A stretch of 63,422 bases of DNA, filler included, from Licmophora abbreviata (lineage: Eukaryota), in NCBI GenBank assembly GCA_900291995.1. It is 7 parts of 7 records of this genome, joined end to end, with 100 filler letters (N's around TTAATTAATTAA, not from the genome) between each part and the next. Parts side by side here need not be neighbours in the genome. Positions count along the whole stretch, not along the records: positions 57,486 to 63,422 come from OLMU01000135.1; 6 more parts are not named here. One strand, given 5' to 3'. The notes under the pieces are model-generated. The model had not been told where the DNA came from. It worked only from the letters and a program-made list of their open reading frames with translations, and searched no databases. Position numbers and translations under genes: made by a program. This document shows, piece after piece, positions 57,554-63,422 of this stretch (its first letter is position 1; the number at the start of each line of letters is the position of its first letter).

Positions 57554-60500
57554 GATACTTTCTCCGTGCAGAGCTACGACTCTTGCTCGTCGCTCTGTCG
57601 GAAATCCTCGTTTACGAGGCAGGAGCTGTCAAGGTGATACCGCCTTCGGAAGACCAGCTGTTCGCTCCGCTCCTGCGGTCTGAAGACGAGCAGGAGCGGC
57701 GAGAATCGTCTAGTCATTCTGCAGTCGCTGCTGCCCTAAACGCCGCTTCTGCCCTTGCGATGGACCCACCTGCTGCAGACGCTAACATTCCCAACAGTCC
57801 AAACAGCAGCAACATGTACCCACCGCCGAACAGCGTCATGAGTCGCTTTCTGAGAATGTCGACGGCTGCCGATGCTCTTCCCATGATCTTGAATGCCATT
57901 GTCACGGATGGCAAGATGTCGTGTCTAGCCTTTTGGGGGGTTTACATTATTCTTACGTTGCTTTGGCTTCCCTTTTGGCTCATGACTTTTCTAATTGGCG
58001 AGATGGGCGTATACGCGTTGACTATTGCGGGAATTTTCTTCATTGGACGAGTGGTGATTCGGTGAGTTGCGCAACGCGGTCTGCGTTTGTATTTGCCGTT
58101 GTTTTCCTCCACTCATGCTGTTTGCGACAACACCGCGCTTCTCTGCAGCCTAATTGCATTTCCGGGAGCGTCGCATCGCGTGTCGTCCGAGATTGAAGTA
58201 GAATTCGCTCGATACTCGGTTCGCATGATTCAAGTTGCCGCCAATTGTGTGATCGAGCTCTGTTCAGCTCTGCTCCCAATGGGCGCCAACAGCTCTTCCG
58301 CTCGTACTGCGCATTACGATATCCCAGCACTTTGGAAACGAACTCAGTCCTATCGCGATCGGGTTTTGGGTGTATATGTCGAGGTACTCGGCTACCTGTA
58401 CAAAAGCGTGGGCGAGGACAGTGCCTTCAGCGTCACCACGTCTCACGGCAACAATCCCATCGCGGGAGATATTGGCAATTTAGCTTCCATGACGGTAAGA
58501 TGAAATTGATGAATTGAGAAGGTCGGTTAAAGGCGTCAACTGATCATCTTCCTCTTTCCTATATCTACCTCAGTCGCAAGCCAGAGATGACGGCAGAGCG
58601 ATGGTTATGCTTCTCCGGAGAATAGTGGGTCTTCTGACGGCACTCGAACAACAAGTGGCGCAGAGCGGCTCGTCGTTGTCATCATATACAGACAGACCGA
58701 TGTCTCTTTCTGGCGAAGCTCAGGCTACCGTCAGGTCTCTCATGAGCTCGGCGACGGAGCTTCGTGACGTCGTTTCATCTTTCAAGCCGGCGCAGAGTCC
58801 AGGGGAGGACGACACAGACCAGGAGCACACAGACGACATGGACGAGGAGGCGGATGCGAGTATGGAAGCTGTCCGACGACACTTAGAAAAGGAAAGTGAT
58901 TCCATGTTTGACGTACTAAAAGGCTCGCTTGGTGCGATTATCCCGTTGTTGGACCCACAACCTCATTCGTCAGTGTTTGGACTTGATGTGCTTCGTGGGT
59001 GTGTCTTGTCGAGGTACCGAGGTGCAAGGCAAATTTGGGTGAAAAGGCCAGCAGGCGGTAAACTCGATGTCTTACACATACCTGCAGATTCATCATCTGG
59101 CTCGTCGGAGGGACGAAATCGGAAGGCCGTGTTGTACTGCAACCCGAACGCTGGACTCATCGAAGTCGCGACAGGCATGAGTCTTGCGGGCGGCAATGTC
59201 TCACCGGAAGATGTGGCGCGCAACGAATCCTGGACGGACTTTTACACGCAGAATGGTTTCGATGTTTATCTCTTCAACTATGCGGGGTTCGGTCGCAGCC
59301 ATGGACCGACCTTTCCGATTCCGCGATTTCTCAGCTGCATTGGCAGCGTTCTGTTCCTTCCCGGGATTCTCGGATGCTGCACGCGGTTCTTCTGTTCAAC
59401 GTTTTTCAGCTTCAAGGTGAGTCAGTCGACTAGTGTTGGATCACGTTGCTGTTGCGGTTGATGGTTCTTCATGAATGATCGCTTACGCTCTTGTCGTTGT
59501 TCAACCTTTCTGAATCAGCCAACTCCCGGGTCACTTCGAGTAGATGCAGCTGCTATGGGAAAATATGTCATAACTGAGGCGGGCGTCGACAAGCTCGTAA
59601 TTCATGGCGAGAGTATTGGAGGAATGGCTGCCTCAGGAGCCGCCAAGACACTAAGTCGCGAATCTGTTACACAGAACAAATTGGCCTTGCTGGTTTGCGA
59701 CCGAACGTTCTGCAATCTGGAAGCTGTCGCGCAGCGCCTCGTGGGTAGTTGGACGGGACCAGCGATTCGAGCATTGACACCCTTCTGGAGTACCGATGTC
59801 GCGTCGGACTTTGCGGCTGCAGATGTCCCCAAGGTTATTGCGAACGACTCGGAGGATGCCATCATTGCCGATGCGTCCTCTTTGAAGTCTGGGCTGTCGC
59901 TGTCTAGGGAGATTAGAAGGGGCGCATCAACTAAAGGGGTAGGTTGGATGGCGGACGCTCCTCTCGAGTACCGAATGGCGGATTGGGAGAATGTAGGAGT
60001 CGCAGGTACGTACGATCGCTGCCGGGGTGAAATCGCGAACACCAGATTTGTTTACATTCGTTTCCTGCGCCGTCCACCTCCACAGACTCCAAGCACGCCG
60101 CGCCTCCTTCCGGCACTCCTCAATCTCCGTCCTGGCCAGCCGACAAGTTCATTAGCCTTCAGGAAGCATTTCATTTCGCAGCATGCGCCCGAAGAATCGG
60201 CAAGGTTGCGACTGCAGAGCGAAGAGCTAGGCGAGGCGGCTCCTATCGCGCCGACGAGGAGGAAGGCTTTGAGGCAAATGAGTTCGCTGCTCCCTTGGTG
60301 GACGATCGTCCCGTGGAGCAGGGGCTTGTGGGTGCTTGGAAGATGCTCGCATGCTGCGACGGACTGTCAGGATCGACGCTAGGTGTTGCGGTAAAGAATG
60401 GTTTTGACTGCACAGTGTCATGGCTATGCTGTACGGTAACGTTTGGTGGTCAGGTAATCACTTCCTCGGCCCAGAGGCGTACAGGAAAAACAGATGGACA

Positions 60501-60960
60501 GATTATCGTGTCGGACTTCGACTGCCGGCCTGCAGGATATCAAACGGATGAGAGCGAGATGATGGTGCACCCCAAACCGATACCGGAGGTGATCGAAACA
60601 CTCAAGGGGTATTTGGAGAGCGACGACAGCTCTGTCAAGCTTGGTACGTAGACTGCTGTTGTGGATGTTACGCGGGTGGTAGCAGCTCACACCGCTAGTT
60701 GCACTAACGCTTCTTTCACGATTGCACCTTCTTTTCATTGTGACGCAGTCGAAACCGAAATTAAGTTTTGCATCGGAATGCTGGAATACGTCGTGGCGCG
60801 GCTGTCATCGGAACCATCAGTCGGAACGTCGCGGCGCAGTTTGGATCTGCAGGACAACCTCGGAGCTTTCATCGAGCTACACTGCGGACACAACAGTCCA
60901 TTCTCGGCGGAAGAACGAGTCAAGCTACAGATCTTTCTCGATCGAGCCACATTGCATTGA
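57554..60960 (+). CDS. Membrane-anchored alpha/beta-hydrolase-fold protein, 5' end in gap; at least six exons
   Basis: TM hairpin near 57920-58040; LYCNPNAG, DVYLFNYAGFGRS, IHGESIGG (GxSxG), LLVCDRTF, C-terminal HCGHN. Confidence 0.75.
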
Positions 60961-61047
60961 TGAGTAGAACCTTTATTTACGACAGGAATTCGTTGGTTTA
61001 GTATACTTAACGACTTGGTCGAATCGCGGTATGTCTACACATCTCCA

Positions 61048-61800
61048 CTAGACCGAATCGCCCAAGACTTCCAACAACTCGAGCGTAAAGATTAGCACGG
61101 CGCCAGGCGGAATTGAGCCTCCAGCTCCACGATCACCGTAGCCCAGTTCGCTAGGAATGTACAACTCCCACTTTCCTCCTTCCTTCATCAGCTGCATGGC
61201 TTCGGTCCACCCCTTGATGACTTGATTGGGAGCGAACGTCAACGGCTCTCCGCGTCTAAAGTGGAGGTAGTAGAATTAGTAGTGAGCGGAAGGAACGACG
61301 GTATCGTTGTCGTAGATTATATGCCCCCACCATCGCCTTCGTGCACCGACTGGTTTAATAACTTACTTGTAGGACGAGTCGAACTCGGTGCCGTCAATCA
61401 GAGTGCCGCTGTAGTGGCACTTGCACGGGCTATCAACGGTCGGCGTCTTGCCCGTTCCAGGGCGCATCTCCTGGAAGTTCACAACAACAAGAGACGACGG
61501 AAGGACGACGAGTGTGAGAGATCGAAATGAGCGAGGACCCAGTGCCTCTCCTGGAGCATTTCATGCAATATATGAATCGAATCGTGCTCGAGACGTGACG
61601 GGTGACTGAGCGGGGCGCGCAATTCAATTATGACTCTGACTCACCTTGTAAAGGAGTCCAGATGGAAGATTTACAACGCCGTCCTCCAATTTCTTCTGCG
61701 CCAACCATTTCAATCCTTCTTCCGTAGTGCCTGCAAAGGCAGAGGATGAAAGAAAGAGAACGCCAAAGACGGAAACGAGGAGAGAACGAAAGGATACCAT
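61048..61800 (-). CDS. FKBP-type peptidyl-prolyl isomerase with signal peptide; exons 61800-61645, 61470-61367, 61255-61048
   Basis: [62 protein letters not shown]. Confidence 0.93.
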
Positions 61801-62122
61801 CGTGGTGTCGTGTTTAGAGGATATTGTGCGTGCAAAATGTGCTGTTGGCTGTCGGGCGGTCATTTTGGAGGGAAATCTTGGAAAAGGACACAAGATATCA
61901 TTTTGACATATTGCGGACCCTCAGCTCTGTCCTACACTTCTACGGCAAGCTCGATGGTCAGCGGGGACACATTCACATTTTGGAATGTTTTGTATTAACT
62001 CTTTCTGCCGTACTGATATTTTGTACACTTTTCGACGTCGCGTCGCCACCGCTCATCCCAGTTACTCATCACATGATCACAGAGGCGCTTCATCCTACTC
62101 TGGTTCTTCTATCTTTTGTATA

Positions 62123-63002
62123 ATGGGTCTGGAACGTGTGAATGTTGTGTACTGTGGTGCCTGTGGTATGCCTCCGGAATACTGCGAGTACGGGCCCGAT
62201 TTCGAATCGCATTGTCTTCCCTGGCTCGTCAAGCACCATCCCGACCTGCATGCCAAGCTAAAAGCATTACGAGGCGCCTGCGATGCCACCAGTTCTGCGG
62301 AAGGACAAGCAGACGAAGCACCTACTCCCGTGGAACCTTGGACGGTAGAAGAGCGCTTGGTCGCCTTTTATGAAAAATATATGCCCGAAAAGGTGCGATG
62401 GGAAATTTGTCTAGTGACGCCGAGGGGCGTGCACTGCACCCGCCTACGGTATACTCACGCCACTTACTCTTTCTGCATCATCGCAGGTCGACAGCGTCCC
62501 GGCTTTGCTCGAAAAATATGCTGGGAAAGAAGAAAAACTTTTTGAAGCTCTCGTGAAAAAGTATGGTCCCGAACCAGAAGATCCCTATTTCGCCCATGGC
62601 ATGAATGATGACGACAACGACGACCACGATGTAGAGGGAGCGCTGGGGGATATGTCATTGACCGACAAGAAGAAGCGAAGGGGTGTCGGTGCCAAAAAGG
62701 CCAATACGGTCGATACACGTGTGGTCATTCAAAAGATTGCGAGGAAGAAGCGTAAGGCTGTGACAATAGTGGTTGGAATGGACACTGTGCCCGGTCTGCA
62801 TCTGAAGGACGTTGCCAAGGACTTTTCGAAACGATTTGCTGGATCGTCCAGTGTAAAAGATGGCCTGCAAGGCAAGGAAATTATTATTCAGGGCGACCAC
62901 ATGGACACAGTAGCAGAGATGATTGTGCAGAAATACAAGGTGCAAGCCGATTCAGTCTTTATGGACCTGGACGGAGAGTTTGTAGCGTACAGTGAGTACT
63001 GA
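62123..63002 (+). CDS. DENR: Density-regulated protein DENR/Tma22 (SUI1 domain); exons 62123-62392, 62487-63002
   Basis: VVYCGACGMPPEYCEYG..CLPWL; RKKRKAVTIVVG, FSKRFAGSSSV, EIIIQGD. Confidence 0.92.
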
Positions 63003-63083
63003 TGAATAATGATTCGGGTTAATAATACAAGATAGGCTTCTAAGTTATGATATAACATGATGCCACGGTGTCCTCGTTGTTCA

Positions 63084-63422
63084 CTACGTGATATGCTTCA
63101 TGGTCCGTGTCGCAGTCTTTTCCGAGTTGCAGCCGTAGATGTTGAATCCAAACTCTTGTTCCGCTCGCTCAACTTCGGTCTCCTTCACAAGCTGAACGCT
63201 GTCGGTACGGACTATTGCGTCTACGACTCCCAGCGTTTCCTGCAGCGACCGCACTTCCGTACCACACGCTCCACACGCCAGGGCCATCGGTGCATTTACA
63301 AACGTGCAGCGCTCACAAGACCACTCGGTTCTCTCGTCACTTTTGCTGGCGGCTTTCGTTCCATCGTGTGACACGGATGACATTGTATTGTCAATCGACG
63401 CAGTGGATGTAGATGTGATTTG
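63084..63422 (-). CDS. 3' end of a protein with a RanBP2-type zinc finger (frame open to the window edge)
   Basis: WSCERCTFVNAPMALACGACG; no stop in this frame between 63422 and 63383. Confidence 0.7.
   Translation of the reverse strand, partial: QITSTSTASIDNTMSSVSHDGTKAASKSDERTEWSCERCTFVNAPMALACGACGTEVRSLQETLGVVDAIVRTDSVQLVKETEVERAEQEFGFNIYGCNSEKTATRTMKHIT

Overview
Gene-dense eukaryotic nuclear DNA, about 38 protein-coding loci with short GT-AG introns. It is almost certainly from a diatom: it carries a fucoxanthin-chlorophyll antenna gene, several bipartite signal-plus-Phe plastid presequences and a silicanin-like gene. The scaffold is interrupted by six artificial 100-bp spacers (N44-TTAATTAATTAA-N44). 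Content includes ribosome biogenesis and RNA modification (RRP9, NOP16, PWP1, RPL27A, Bmt5/DUF2431-like, PCIF1, TGT, YAE1-like, DENR), genome maintenance (RTEL1-like, NSE2, CENP-X), plastid proteins (LHC, POR-like, FBPase, tandem dPGM, Lon-N, lumen protein, DUF4239-like), and a serine carboxypeptidase pseudogene. I found no rRNA, tRNA, CRISPR array or intact transposon. The best leads are: an identical TTTGGCGCGC motif in the same orientation upstream of all three nucleolar biogenesis factor genes; a signal-peptide-bearing divergent 20S proteasome subunit (candidate periplastid proteasome); a silicanin-like protein with extra transmembrane helices; a palindrome-rich CTAG/TAG non-coding island; and several domain fusions. 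Three conserved genes carry single +1 frameshifts that look like assembly errors. All family assignments come from motif recognition by eye, not database searches.
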